A stretch of 64,000 nucleotides of DNA from Paragordius varius (GCA_964247055.1 OZ176058.1:4278001-4342000); one strand, 5' to 3'; numbered from the stretch's first letter, positions 38,156 through 52,236 are shown. Numbers and translations: made by a program. The notes: generated by a model not told the origin, from the letters alone.

Positions 38156-38662
38156 CACTTTGATACAAATTGGGGTATCTAAAAACCGCTAGCTATACAT
38201 AATTTGATATTTTAAAAAAATACTGAAAGAAACAATTCCACTTTAAACTCATGCTTCTATCCTACAAAAATTATATAAAACCCGAATTTAAATAAATGAA
38301 AAAAAGTACCATATCCAACTGCTTTGACGCCATTTACATTTGCAACATTTTTGCAAAATATCACATTTATTTAATTTTAAAGCTGTAAAAGCTATTTTTC
38401 ATTTAAATCACTCTAACTTTGATAACAAAAAGGGTATTTATTTTGAATTATTTTTAATTTATTTAATGCTCACATGTCATGTTGACTTAATTTTTTTGCG
38501 TTTTACCTTAAAATCAGTATATCGATTGAATTTGTTGTTTTAGTATTTCGGTTCATTAATGTTAACTAAATGCAATTGCCATGGTTTCTCATTTCATATT
38601 TTTTGAAGTTTTATTTTCCAACAAACCTCGGGTATCTATCAATCCCAATTTATATCAAAGTG
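38156..38662 (+). mobile_element. piggyBac-type MITE family P1, diverged
   Basis: TTAA|CACTTTGATACAAATTGGGGTATC ... ATCAAAGTG; internal blocks shared with 56134-56699. Confidence 0.75.
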
Positions 38663-38687
38663 ATATCTTTGTGAATGATCTATGAAA

Positions 38688-39669
38688 TCTATATATTTAT
38701 AAAAATGGAAAATGCTGGCTTTGTGATCTGTTTCCGGAAAACTGGTAGACCTCAAATCTAAATGTCAGAAAAATATAATCATTAATAAATGCCCCGACAA
38801 TAGCTTCGCCCTTTTTTTGAATTGGACCCCCAGTTCGGGCCAACCCCTATTAAAATGGTTTTTTTGAAAACGCAAGTCCACAAAAATTGTGGATTTGAGA
38901 GAATTTTCCGGAGAACGTGTTGGACCATTCAATTTCAAATATAATTTTTGTTTAGTTATTTTCGATTGCGCTGAACATAGTCGTCTCGCTTTTTTAATTT
39001 AGGCCCTCTTTCTACCCGCTCCCCCCGTAAAATGCTATTTTTTTCAAAAAACAAAGTCCACTGAAATAATTTTTGAATCTATTTTTCGACCAAGGTATGA
39101 GACCGTAAAAATTCAATAAAGATTCCACGGATTCCCTGTTAAAAGGCAAAAATTTTAGTCAAGCATTTCTTTGATGATAGTTGCTGAGTAAGGAGCTACC
39201 CGCGAAAAACTGACCCTTCATATCAAAATCGCGTGCTTTTGGGGCTAAATTTCAGAAAACTTATCAGGCCATATAAGTTCAATAGCTGCTTAAAGTATTA
39301 CCCGTAAAAAGTCAAAAATATTAGTGGAGCGGATTTTTTGAATTAGCCGTTAAATAGGCCCTTTACGCCCTAAAAAAAGCGCTATCATTGAACTAATATT
39401 TAGTTTTGAAGCCATTCTTCCATAAACTATTAGGAATGAACGATTATTTCAGGTAAAAGGCAATTTTTTTATCTAACTACATTTTCATATTGGCCTCTGG
39501 GCAGGGGGGCTACCCGCCTACAACTGCGCCATCATATCGATACAGCATGCCTTTGGAACCAAATTTCAGAAAACTTATGATTATTTTTTAAACTTCGTTC
39601 TGCATAACCCCCTTCCCAGAAGTCCGAAGGACTTCTTCGGGCTGCGTAGCAGCATAAAATTTACGCTAG
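38688..39669 (+). mobile_element. Non-autonomous Helitron
   Basis: A|TCTATATATTTATAAAA 5' end; 3' hairpins GAAGTCC-gaa-GGACTTC and GCTGC-gta-GCAGC, then CTAG|T. No TIR or TSD. Confidence 0.8.
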
Positions 39670-39902
39670 TCATTAATATATATCTTTAAAATTAATTTTC
39701 AATCAATATGATGTAATTTTTATCAGAATTTTTTCGTAATTTATTTGCGTCAATAATTTATTAACTGATCAATGTTTGTTTTGCAAAATAAATATAATTT
39801 AATATATTTATATTACACTTTTTAGATAAAAAGAAGTATAATTGGTTTGATGGATATTACTATTGGTGGCAAATACAGAAAAAATATATATAATAATAAA
39901 AA

Positions 39903-40091
39903 CAGTAAAAATTAAAATTATACGGACAAAATAGAGACTTTATTATTACACATATCTATTTCAGACTTTGTCATTTAAAACAATGAGTTATATTGAAATA
40001 AATCATGATTTAGAAAGTATGGTTGTTTCTATAGAAAAGAATATTTCTTTATATATTTTTACGTTTTGTCCGTATAATTTTAGTTTTACTG
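39903..40091. mobile_element. MITE family A, internally deleted
   Basis: Both termini present. Confidence 0.8.
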
Positions 40092-40298
40092 TAACTATTC
40101 ACCCATTTTAAGTTTCTTTAAACCAATAATATTTCTCCATAGTCAGTAATGAATATATATATATATATATATGAGTCATAATTTTTCTAGTTAATGTTAT
40201 TGTTTATTTTACCTGAAACACGTGTAATGTTCCTATTAAGCAATAATCTAAAAATCAAAATTATTTTTTATCATTTAACTTTTTACAAAATATCTAAT

Positions 40299-41827
40299 AT
40301 GTTAAAAACAAGTCTTTTGTGTAATATTGTAATAATATTATTATTGAATTCACATTCTTACAATTCTAGAACCATAATAAATGCAGAAATTCCACCTGAA
40401 AGCCCAGGTAAGATCATTTAAAAATATTTTGTTAAAAAAATATTTGAAATTATGAAAACGGTAAAAAAATGACAAATATTTTTTTCTAAAAGACAAAACC
40501 ATACTTTTTGAATCTTGATTTATTTAAATAAACTAATTGTTTTAAACTGAAAGGTATAAATTAATAGGTATGGTATATCAAATCAAATAAATATCTACTT
40601 TAAAATTGTAGTTTTATAATTTATATGGAAAAATAAAGTTTAAATAAGGTTGTCTTTAAAAAAAAACATTTGTCTGTATGATTTTTACGTTTGGTCCGTA
40701 TAATATTTATTTTTAAAACAAAAAATTTTTACATTTTATAGAGAGTAATTATATGTGTGGAGTCTTTAAAGTTGATATTCGAAAAAGTTTTCTAGAAATT
40801 TCCACCGATTGGAATCAAACTGTAGAGATTTTTCAAAACCATGAATTAGTTGATGAGGTATGGCAATTAAAAAATGATATTTTTAAAGCACAAATTTAAT
40901 TTATAGAGACAAAACGTAAATAAAAAAGTGAGATAATGATTTTTTTTAAAAAACCATACTTTTTCAACCGTATTTCTTAAATAATGTCCTTACTGGATAC
41001 AAATGGCCCAACTACAGTCATGTCAAATAAGCAACCAATTAAATTCATACTGTATATTCGTTTCCTATATATTTATATATACTTTTTTTGCTTTATAAAT
41101 TTTCAGAGTAATGGAACCTTTTGCATAAATAGTCTTGGGAAATACACGTTAGAACCGAATTTTGATACAGCTTGCATACTTACAGGTTTAATTGTTTTAA
41201 ATTATTATTTTGAAGAGGATTATTAAAATTTATATCCTGTTTCTTATATAGAATTAAGCTTTTTTATTTGATATTAGCATTTTTTCGAATTATGGTGAAA
41301 CAAAGGAAAACAATTTTTTTTTAAATTTATTGACTGACATAATATAAGCTTTGTTTCCACTTAGAGTAAAGATTATAATTATACGGAGAAAACGTAAAAA
41401 TATAAAAACAAATACATTTTCCTAAATAACCATATACATAAAGCAATTTTACATTATATTTCATTGTTAAAAAATACTACATATGAAATACACAAATGTA
41501 TATTTATAACACAATCAATTATATATTTTACAAAAATTCATGTGTGATAAATAAATAAGTATGAAAGTATGGTTGTCTATTAGATAAAAATATTTGTATT
41601 CATATTTTTACGTTTTGTCCTTCAATTTCAATTTTTATTGTATTTGGGAAATATGAAAAATTTGCCTTTTTAAAAGATTTTTATGTAATTTAGTCAACAA
41701 TATAACTTCAATTCAACCCACACCCTCTTGCAAATATATAAAGCCACCCGGTCAAGCCAAAGGTATTTACATGGAATGTACTATTGGAGCCAATCCCAAC
41801 GCGTCTGGATTTGGATGTTATATGTAA
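40299..41827 (+). CDS. Small secreted six-cysteine glycoprotein (145 aa), unrelated to the 10-21 kb pair
   Basis: Exons 40299-40407, 40742-40857, 41107-41185, 41694-41827; GT-AG, phases 1/0/1, 438 nt. MLKTSLLCNIVIILLLNSHSYNSRTIINAEIPPESPESNYMCGVFKVDIRKSFLEISTDWNQTVEIFQNHELVDESNGTFCINSLGKYTLEPNFDTACILTVNNITSIQPTPSCKYIKPPGQAKGIYMECTIGANPNASGFGCYM*. Confidence 0.72.
40460..40710. mobile_element. MITE family A in intron 1 of the 40.3 kb gene
   Basis: Degenerate TIRs; ends approximate. Confidence 0.7.
41364..41640. mobile_element. MITE family A in intron 3 of the 40.3 kb gene
   Basis: Both TIRs, TA flanks. Confidence 0.82.
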
Positions 41828-41989
41828 CCTAACAAACACCATTAATTATTTAACAAAAAAAATTTAGCATGTTTAAAAAAATTGGAATTTTAATTTTTTG
41901 CATGTGCATGTATTTTGGGGCGTAAAAAAACACTAAATAAATTATCATAAATTAAATTTTGCTGATGTATTGGTTAAGTTATAGTAGAA

Positions 41990-44040
41990 AGAGACGATTT
42001 ATACTACAAACATATCTATTTTGCAGGAGAAAAATTATTCATATCCACAATAAAAAGTTCTTAATTCGCTTCTTGATGTTGCTTTTTGATGTGGTATGCT
42101 CAGAAAAATCATGGCAAATCAATTAAAATACAATTACAATTTTGAATGTGATTATATTTAATAATTAAATGAAACCTGAATGTGTTATAGGCAATGAAAA
42201 TCCATAAATCTAAATTATCATGAGATTTGCGGCAAAGAACTGCGAACCGATTATTTAATCCAATCATTGCTGGTCCTTCGGTTGTTATGGATACAAGAAA
42301 CTGTAATATAATTATTAAATGAATTAAATTTATCCTGAACTTAATTGTATTCTTGCAGAGGTATGACCGTCAATAACTCATCTGGGCTGACATTTCATAT
42401 AAGATGTATATAAAAACGCATAATTGCGCAATCCAACATAGTCGGTGACTTGCGAATTCGAAGCAAAAAAATAAACAAGAAATAATGTTTTCATGTAAAA
42501 TTTTGGAAAGATTTCGTTTATTTTCACCTCTCCGCATAATTGGGTGTCTAGAAAGGGGTATGCTTTTTATCGATTACATGATGTTCTTTTTGTCAGCATA
42601 ATTTTAGAACAGCGTTTTAATATCTTTAATATATTATTTCCAATTTCTAAGTACTGAAAAGAATATTGTTTATTAGGATTTCTGATATTTTGAAGTTGGA
42701 ATATTTTTTTATTTCTGTATTTTACAACGCAGTGTAATGTTAAGCTGTTCTTTAAATAGCTTTGATTGCGAATATATGAATTATAAATTTGATAGTTAAC
42801 TCGAGGCGTAGTAAAATATCTTTAATCATTTACTTTTTTAGGTAAACCACAGTAGAGCTCCCTATCAAACAAGCATATTTAACATTTCATCATAAAATAT
42901 AATTTTCATTCATTTCTATAACAATATATCTTGGAATTTTTTAACTTGATTAATCACACTATAAAATATAAGTTTTATAGGAATAGTTTCTATTTTTTGA
43001 AATCTGTCTAAAGAGAAATTAATGATATAAATTCGAAAGATTCATATGATTTTATTAAAATAATAAAACTTAGTTAAATATATATTTTTAACATGTAAAT
43101 TTTTTAAAACATAATAAGAAATTTACAAAATTTATTATAATATTATGGATAAAAATCTATGCAAAAATATTTTTTATATTTTTTTAAGAATTTTCATGCG
43201 GTCACGTTTGGTAATTTGCGATCACGAATTCGACCACAGTCCGTTTGGCTACCCTGAACTATTCATTTGGAATGAATCCAATATTCTATTCATGGTTTAA
43301 AATTTTAACAAACAATGTTATGCATACATTATAATATTGTTGTCTAATTAAACATTATAATATATTAAAGCAGGGGTCGGCAACCTGGGGCTCGTGAGTC
43401 AAATTTGGCTCACCGTGGTTTTTATATAGCCTGCCAAAGCATTCACAAAAATTTAATGATTAAAAAATTTAACCGTAAGCGTGCCGAAACGCGGCCTATA
43501 AATAATGACAACTTTTTCAGAAAATTTAGCATTTATTTATTTCACCAGATATACTTATATGTTTGCAAATAAACATGCTCAAAGGGACATTTTTGATTCA
43601 CTATATTATACTTAATTTTTGGTATAATAAAATCAAAATATAAAACCTGGTTGACGGATGAAAATTTTCAAAACTGAAGAATATCTTTATCGAAAACACA
43701 ACCAGATATTTAAATATACATCAAAGAATAATCAAAAACAGAAAGCACATTGATTTTTAATAAATGAATAAAATAATAAACTAGTATAGTCTCGAAGTAA
43801 ATATTATCTTATCTTTTAGGGGTTTTAAAAAGGAGTGCAAAATTGCTTAATCATAGTCACATTATTATAATTATGTTAATATGTTGTTAAGAATATTTTT
43901 TTATATTAATATACTATTATAGGGTATATTCTTATATTTTCAAACATAGGGCTCGCCTAAAACTTTCTATTTTGCAAACCAAAAAAGGTTGCCGACACCT
44001 GTCTTAAGGCGTAATGCCATTTCCCAAATAGTTTGAAGTA
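41990..44040 (-). repeat. Inverted paralog of 1-~2010 (hAT transposase remnant plus nested MITE)
   Basis: Reverse complement collinear with the window start, including the MITE flanks and the same truncation point. Confidence 0.93.
43371..44001. mobile_element. hAT Buster-type MITE, paralog of 39-660
   Basis: CAGGGGTCGGCAACC ... GGTTGCCGACACCTG; TSD tattaaag/tcttaagg. Confidence 0.9.
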
Positions 44041-45317
44041 CACTTCAACAAATTTTGCTAATTAAATTTTAAACAAAGTGCAAAATATGTTTTTTATACC
44101 ATAACCTAGCATACATTGAAAGCGATCTCGGTAGTTTTGCGTTTTTAAGGGAACTAGCCCATTTCAAAGGGGGAAAATTATGGTGAAAGTTACTTTTAAA
44201 TATAGTATATCATATGTTTTAATGATATTTTTAGCACCAAAAAAATATTTGATATAATGTGCGCTAATATTGTGATGTTTCGATAACGAGCATTGAAATC
44301 TCAAAAATGCAGATAACTTTCTATCAGACGTAAGCAAAACCTAAAGCCATTCCTGATGCATTTATCTATCTTTATAAAGAAACGGATGACCTTGTGTAAT
44401 ATACCCCCAACCTAAATAAATCATAATTTAGGAGTTTTCATTTGCATTCCAAAAAACATTACGGTCCACTATATGAAAACTTAAAACTTTATTGTTTAAA
44501 ATTTTGTGCTTATAATTTAATTTTGATATTCAATTTTTAATAATATAAAAAATTTTAAATTTGATGTCTACATTAACAATAATATATATCTTTTATGATA
44601 ATTAAGTTAATTAAAAATGATTGTTAAAGTGTGAGCTATACTAAATTTTTACAACGACAATCATAGATTCTCAAAATTACTTAATTAAATATTAACATAT
44701 AATGGTTACTCCACTCTTGATTATTGGCCTGAAATTGTTTATAAATACAAATCTCCAAAACTTTTTTATCGGATCTTGATATCAGCAATCCAATCAAAAT
44801 CTAAATTTTCAATCTAACGACATTTTTTAAAATTGATTATATGTGGAATCTAATTAGACGAAAAGCAGTTGCTCAAAATATCGATATAGCGTTACATATC
44901 ACGGAATATTGTTTCAATATAAGAAATTTTATATTTAATTTCTCCCTCAGTTGAGTTTAATGTGAAAAGATAATCATTTTAAAGAGACTGCGGTAAAATA
45001 TTTTTAGTTAACTATTATTTATGTAAAATCCATACCGTTTTATAAAACTATCCAAAATCAGTCAGTAAAAATGGAAATAGAGACAAGTAAAAACTAAAAG
45101 AAAATTTTTTTTATATAAAAAAACTTATAGTATCATTTCAGACTATATTAGCCACTTAATTTATCAAACTATAAAACAATTGGGTCCTTATTACATTTCT
45201 ATTCCTTCTGTGATATATCTAAGCCAAGGTTTGATCCTCAAAATATTTGTCATTAATTGATTTTATCCTTATAAATATTTCACTTTTTAAAATTATGTGT
45301 TATCATTTATCGTATAT

Positions 45318-45349
<32 letters not shown>

Positions 45350-45351
<2 letters not shown>

Positions 45352-45646
45352 GTAAAAATTGAGATTATACGGAAAATACGTAAAAATATAAAGACAAATA
45401 TTTTTATCTAAAAACAGGCATATTTTTTGAATCTTGATTGTTTAAATATAACTGATTGTTTTAACCTGCAAAATATAAAAGAAAAATGTAAATTGGTAGC
45501 ACGATCAATTATGTAGTTTACGATTGTAATTAAGTATTTTATATAGTAAAAAATATTAAGGTTTTTACAAGTAGACTTGTCTTTTTGAAAAAAAATATTT
45601 GTCCTTAAAATTGCAGTTTTTATCCGTATAATTGCAGTTTTTATCG
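45350..45646. mobile_element. MITE family A after (TA)n
   Basis: Both TIRs, right end rearranged. Confidence 0.8.
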
Positions 45647-46099
45647 TATATATAATAAAAAACCTGCACCCCATGTCCGTATAATCCGTCTATGACATCT
45701 CTTTATTAATCACTGAAAGAAAATACTAGTTTTGTCACAAAATTTTACATTCTGATACAAAACATCCAAATGGATTTGCGCGGAAAAAAAAGTTGCTCTT
45801 ACAATTGCTCAGTTTAAGCACTAATATTTTGATACATTAAATGAAAATTGAAAAAACAGAGGAACTTTATTACATTATTTACAATGAATGATTTCATTAT
45901 AGCAAAAACGCGCTTAAACTATTTTACATTAAGTTAATATAATATATTCTGGATAATCCACGTATTAAGTTTCTTTATGCAATAAAAAGAGTGCTATAAA
46001 GTCATGCCCGATCACAACTGATAATTGACATATTGTAGAGAATTGAACTTAAGATACACAGTTAGTACACTCGTTCAATTTATATAAATTATAAATGAA

Positions 46100-46590
46100 T
46101 ATAAGCAGGATAGGCGTAGCTTCATTAATGTAATTACGATATACTAATTCAATTAAACATTTTAATACTGTTACAGGACGGTTAAAATGAGTTTTCACTC
46201 TTTTATATAAATTATAAAATTGAATATTGGCAGGAAAAAAATTCATTTATGTAATTACGATATACTAATTTAATTAAGCATTTTTTAATGCTTTTACAGG
46301 ACGGTTAAATGAGTCTTCACTGTTTTATAAAATGGTATATAATTGAAAAAAATAAAGAAAAAAAGTTCATTAATATTATTACGATATACTAATTTAATTA
46401 AGCATTTTAATGCTTTTACAGGACGGTTAAATGAGTCTTCACTGTTTTATAAAATGGTATATAATTGAAAAAAATAAAGAAAAAAAGTTCATTAATATTA
46501 TTACGATATACTAATTTAATTAAGCATTTTAATGCTTTTACAGGACGGTTAAATGAGTCTTCACTGTTTTATAAAATGGTATATAATCAA
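46100..46590. repeat. Tandem repeat, ~122-bp unit x4
   Basis: ttacgatatactaatt..ttacaggacggttaaatgagtcttcactg repeated; the last units are near-identical. Confidence 0.93.
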
Positions 46591-47160
46591 AAAAATTAAA
46601 AAAAAGGTGCAAAACATTTGGTGTAAACTGTTTAAAAAAATAATTAAACCAATATACAACACTATTTGAACACAGTATATATATATATATATATAGTCGT
46701 AAACAACACTAAAAAACTTAATATGCTATCTATATTGTTATTTCTATTTCTTTACTATCAAATAATGGGTTGTTAGCGGTTGGGTTTTATCAATGGATTA
46801 TTCAGCACTGGAAATAATTACAGTTTTCAAACTATTTATTTAAAACCTAAAATACCAACATGTTTTTTTATTATTGTAATTATTATTCAGCTAAAATTAT
46901 ATGAATTTATTGGGGGAATTTTCGATTACTACTAGGAATCTTTGTCAAAGGTAAAAACATAAAATTAAAATATAAACTAAAAATTAAAGTATAAAGTAAA
47001 AATATTTAATGAGATATGAAAAAAGGGTGGAATAGTTTATTGCATTGATTTTCAGATGAATGGGTTAGACTATGATATAAAATTATTAACAAATCTTAAA
47101 ACGTTTTTTAAAAATGAAGATCGCATTTATAGATTAATTAAAAAAAGTTTTGAAGATTTA

Positions 47161-47465
47161 CAGTAAAAATTGAAATTATACTGTGGACAAAACGTAAAAA
47201 TATAAAGACAAATATACTATTTCTAAAAGACAACCATCACACTTTTCAAAACTATAATTTTTCTCATATAAGCTATTTAGTAAAATTTTAAAATATGGAA
47301 TTGATTGTGTTAGTATTATATACCTATATTTCACGTTTTGCCATTTAAAACAATGAGTATATTGATATAAAATCAAAATATAAATAGTTGGTGGTCTTTT
47401 AGGAAAAAAATTGACTTTCTTTTTATTTTTGCATTTTGTCCATATTATAATATCAGTTTTTACTG
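47161..47465. mobile_element. MITE family A
   Basis: Both TIRs, TA TSD. Confidence 0.88.
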
Positions 47466-47777
47466 TAAAATATATATAAAAACTTAAAGACAATTATATT
47501 TTTTCTACATTTGGACCTTTTATGGCATTAACTTGCCAAAATTAAACTTTTTTGAATTATATCAACATTATCACACCATACAAATTAAGACAAATGGCAA
47601 AAAAATAGTTAATTTATTTAATAAATATCTAATTTTCACGGTTATATTTGAATAACCTTGGTCAGGATAAAGAAAAAAATTAAAACGAAATCAATCAAAA
47701 AAATAAAATGGTGAAAATGATGTGTGGTAAAGTTATTTATAACTAGTACAATTTATTATGGTTTTTAAATTGTATCA

Positions 47778-48030
47778 CAGTAAAAATTATAATTATACGG
47801 ACAAAACGTAAATATATAAAGACAACTATTTTTTTCAAAAGACAATCATACTTTTTAAAACCTTAATTGCCACATAAAATATTTAATTACAATGGAAACT
47901 ACTATATATTTTGTGCTATTAATATTTTATTTTATATTTGTAGTTTAAAACAATTAGTTACATTACAAAAATCAAGATTGAAAAAAATATGTAGTGTCTT
48001 TTAGAAAAAAAATTTGTCTTATATTTTTAC
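47778..48030. mobile_element. MITE family A, right end truncated
   Basis: Left TIR intact. Confidence 0.75.
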
Positions 48031-48471
48031 TATGGTTATAATAAAACCAAAATCAGGCAGGCTTCTTATAATTGTCACCAAACGGATTGGTTAAGAATTC
48101 GACTTCAGTTTCACCTAAATTGTAGTTATAAAATGTGTTTATAATCTGAATAAGTAATTAAATTAAATGATGTTATAAGACTATTAAATTTTTGAAAAAC
48201 AATTATTTAAATTGGTAAAATAGGCAAAAAAACAAGTAATTATTGTTGAATTTAAATTGGAATAAAAGTGTGATTTAAGTGATTATAAAAATTAAAATGC
48301 CTAAAGAGTGGAATAATTTATTGCATTGATTTTCACTTGAATAGGTTGGACTATGGTATAAAATTATTAACAAATCTTAAACGTTTTCCAATGATTGCAA
48401 TCAATCTAACGATTGATTTTTAAAATGAAAATAACATTTATAGATTAATTAACAAAGGTTTTGCAGATTTA

Positions 48472-48738
48472 CAGTAAAAACTGAAATAAAGGACAAAAAG
48501 TAAAAATATAAAGACTAATATATTTTTTAAAAGACAACCATACTTTTATAAACGTTTAATTTTCTCATATCAAATATATAATAATTGTATATTGATTGTA
48601 TAACCAATATACTTACAATTTTATATTTTGCAATTTAAAACAATGAGTTCATGAAGTTTAAGAAATATGGTTGTCTTTTCGGATAAAACATATGTCTTTA
48701 TATTTTTAGGTTTGTCCGTATAATTTCAAATTTTATTG
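48472..48738. mobile_element. MITE family A
   Basis: Both TIRs; same left flank as the 47161 copy. Confidence 0.85.
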
Positions 48739-51700
48739 TAATATATAGCATAAAAAATCCCGTCTGCTAAATCAATAGTTTTAAATATTAGTAAAAGTTA
48801 ATAGTTACCCAGATAGAATTTTCTTTTAATTCTTCCATCGTTATCCTTAATATAAAGCCATTCCGAAAGAGTTTATCGCTGCTCTTGGGTTTAAAAGCAA
48901 ACCTATAAAATGATGTTTCATTTTTCGCTTCTGAAGATCCTTCCTTAATAAAGTTGTTTAATTATATTGAAATCGATGCTGATATGAGATTTTTTGGATG
49001 GATTTGGTATTGAATAGCTTATGTTTTGGTTTGGTTTCCTACATTCAAAAATAGTCACCTGAAGAAACTAAAAAAAGTTTGACCAACAACAGTTTTCCAT
49101 ACATTTCCTATCAAAAGCGACCAGGAATCCAACACTAAACAGTCATAAACATTCGCAGCCTTGTCTAATAAGAATGATTCACATCCACTCTCCCCGAATC
49201 ACGAAAGATAAAACATTTTCCCCTCAAGAGTCAGGGACTACCCATCCCTCAACTGCTTAACTAAATAAAAATTCAGATCCTTTGACAACCATTTGTAATG
49301 GTAATTATAAGAGCTATTTTGACCTACAAATTTAGTAAACACTTTATATAAACCCAATCAATTAAGACATATAATAATGCTAAAATATATATTAAAAATA
49401 CCAAATTCCTAATGGTTAATTCAAAATACAAAACTACCTTCAAGTCTATAAGTACAGAATAGACTAAAGTATATTAAATGAAAGAATAAAAAATTTATCT
49501 GTATCTACTATTTTCTTAAATTACCTACTTAAATCTCCATTTGTGGAAATCAAAGTCTTCATTTTAAATTTGATAAATCTATTTTACACCTATAAAAAAA
49601 CAATATTGTTGTAAAATGATGGTGTGTTGCCGCATTTTAGTACTAAAATTTTACATAACATTTTAATGCTTTTTCAAGACGTTGAATTGAGTTTCTGTAA
49701 AAAGTAGCTTAATAATTGGAAAAATAAAAAGATCTTATAAAACATTTGGTGATCTTGATAAAATTTAACAAAAATAACAATAGATATTTGAACGCATGGA
49801 GTCTTTATCATATTATTAAATATGCTCTATGTAAAAGTGGTAGAATAAGTTTAAGTTAATTACCTTTGCACTTTTTTGTGCTAACGGGAATGTAAATAAA
49901 CTACAATTTTTACAGTTTTGGACTTCTTAGAGTTTAAATTGGGCCAAATACAAAATTGAAACGAACAGCTGATATTAAAATAAAAAATTATAAAGTTTTT
50001 GCTGGTAAAATGAAGACTGAAGCTTTTATAAATTAATTATTTACATTATCCAACCTGCTATACGTCTGTTGTATTAGTGATTTGAAATTTTTAGAAAAAA
50101 ATGGCTGTAAAATTTTGAGATCTAAGTTTTAAAAATTTTGCATAAGGTGCCTAAAAGACTAAAAAAATCACTTAATACCTTAAATACTTTTTAAGTTATT
50201 CATTTCAAATGGCTTTGGGACAAAACTACCCCAAAATGTAAAAAAGTGGCAATAATAATTTAAAATGTACAAATTTGGAACAATTTTGACCATAGAATAC
50301 ATATATTTTTTTGTGAAAAACTATGATAAGAATTAGTATTTGAGTGATTAATTAAAATAACTAAAGCTCGGCCGGAAAACTATCATCACATAGATTGGTT
50401 GAGCTATGATAGAAATATTATTTATCTTACTATTGGAAATTTAAATGATTTAAAAACAAGTGTGACCCAGGCATAAGATTTTAATAAAAATATAGCAATG
50501 ATAGATTTATTATAAATTCATATTTAACATCATCAATAAAAAACACCAATTAATAAAATTAAAAAGGTTTGGTATACTTTTAAAAAGTCACCTTGAGTTT
50601 ATAATTATTTAATTCTCAATTCTTATTCTAATGCCATTTCAAAATAGTTTCTCGTGAACATATAATATTTATAATTCAAGACTATTGCCTTCAGCGTAAC
50701 ATAAAATTTTGACTGTAGCAAACTAAACCAAAACATCGCGATTCAATGCACAATCCAAAAAAAACATTCTCAACATCGAAAAATCAATAATTTTAAACAA
50801 TTTTATTCAGGAGGGTTTTTCCGAAGTGAAATATAAACATTTTATAGTTTTCTTCTTAAACCCGAGAAGAGCGATTTAACATTTTCGGCATGGCTTTATA
50901 ACTCTAAGAATTATGACCAAAGAATTAAATAAAACTCAGGGTAATAATTAATTGAACAATTGATTTACCAGACGGTGATGCTTACTTTTTTTGTAAATTT
51001 TTTATTTTAAGACTACTTGTAATCAAATCATTGGAAAACGATTTAAGATATTTGTTAATGATATATCATAGTCAGCATGTGATAATTATATTGTTAAAAT
51101 CTTATTCACCTGAATGACACTTTTTATTAGATAAAAACTACATTTAATTTATAGTAAACATTTCATAAATGTTAATTGTTTTAGAAACTAAAGTCAAATA
51201 CTCAACCAATCCGTTTAGTGTCAATTATAAGGAGCCAAATTTAGGTTTTAAATAATTTTTTGACATATTATGCCAATTAATAATTAACAATGTCAAGTCA
51301 ACATGGAATATAAAAAAATTATCCTAAATTAGTTTCGAGTAAATGAAAAAAAGGTTCTAATGGAAAGAATATATTCTTGTTTTAATATATACATTTTGTT
51401 TTTTTCATTTTAATTTTTAATGTATTTGTTCGTAGTCGTAAACTCCTTGGAACAACTTTCATAATCTATATCTGCAACAGCCGCCAATTTACAATCTTAT
51501 TCAGAGAATTGCCCCAATTCCATTAGAGACATTCGCCAAATAAGGATGGAAAAAGGGCTTTCTCACTCAAAGAAACTATAAAAAAAGTTTAACCAACAAC
51601 AGTTTTTCCTATCAAAAGGCGGAAAGGAATTATCCAACACTCAACTGTTATGCAGACTTGTCTCATAAGAACCTACTTTCTCCTAATCACGAAAGATAAA

Positions 51701-51950
51701 ACATTTGCCTTTCAAGAGTTAGGGATTTCCCCTTCCTCAACTGCTCTAAATCAGTGTATAACATTGAATAATCCCCAAAACACAACCAAATGAAAATTTA
51801 GATCCTTTGAGAACCATTTGTAATGAATGGTAAGTGTATAAGCTATATTGGCTTATGAAAAAAGTTTTATTTTGACTCATGAATTTGGTAAATCTTTATT
51901 TATTAAAAACCCAAACAAATACGACATATAATAATGCTAAAATACATATA

Positions 51951-52236
51951 CAGTAAAAATTGAAATTATACGGACAATACGTAAAAATATAAAGACAAAT
52001 ATTTTTATCTAACAGATAACCATACTTTTTTATAACCTAAGTTTTTCTCATATTATCTATTTAGTTACAATTGTAAGATATAGAATTGATTGTGTTAGTT
52101 CTATATATCTATATTTCACACTTTGTCATTTAAAACAATAAGTTTTATTTGAAAAAATCAAAAAGTATTGTTGTCTTTTAATAAAACTTTTGTCCATATA
52201 TTTTAAGGTTTTGTCCGTAAAATTAAATTTTTACTG
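51951..52236. mobile_element. MITE family A
   Basis: Both TIRs, TA TSD. Confidence 0.9.

Noticed and set aside
46100-46590. CRISPR-like periodicity (also the 21-mer arrays and 35770-36940)
   Set aside because: Head-to-tail repeats with no unique spacers, no cas genes, and a eukaryotic context.
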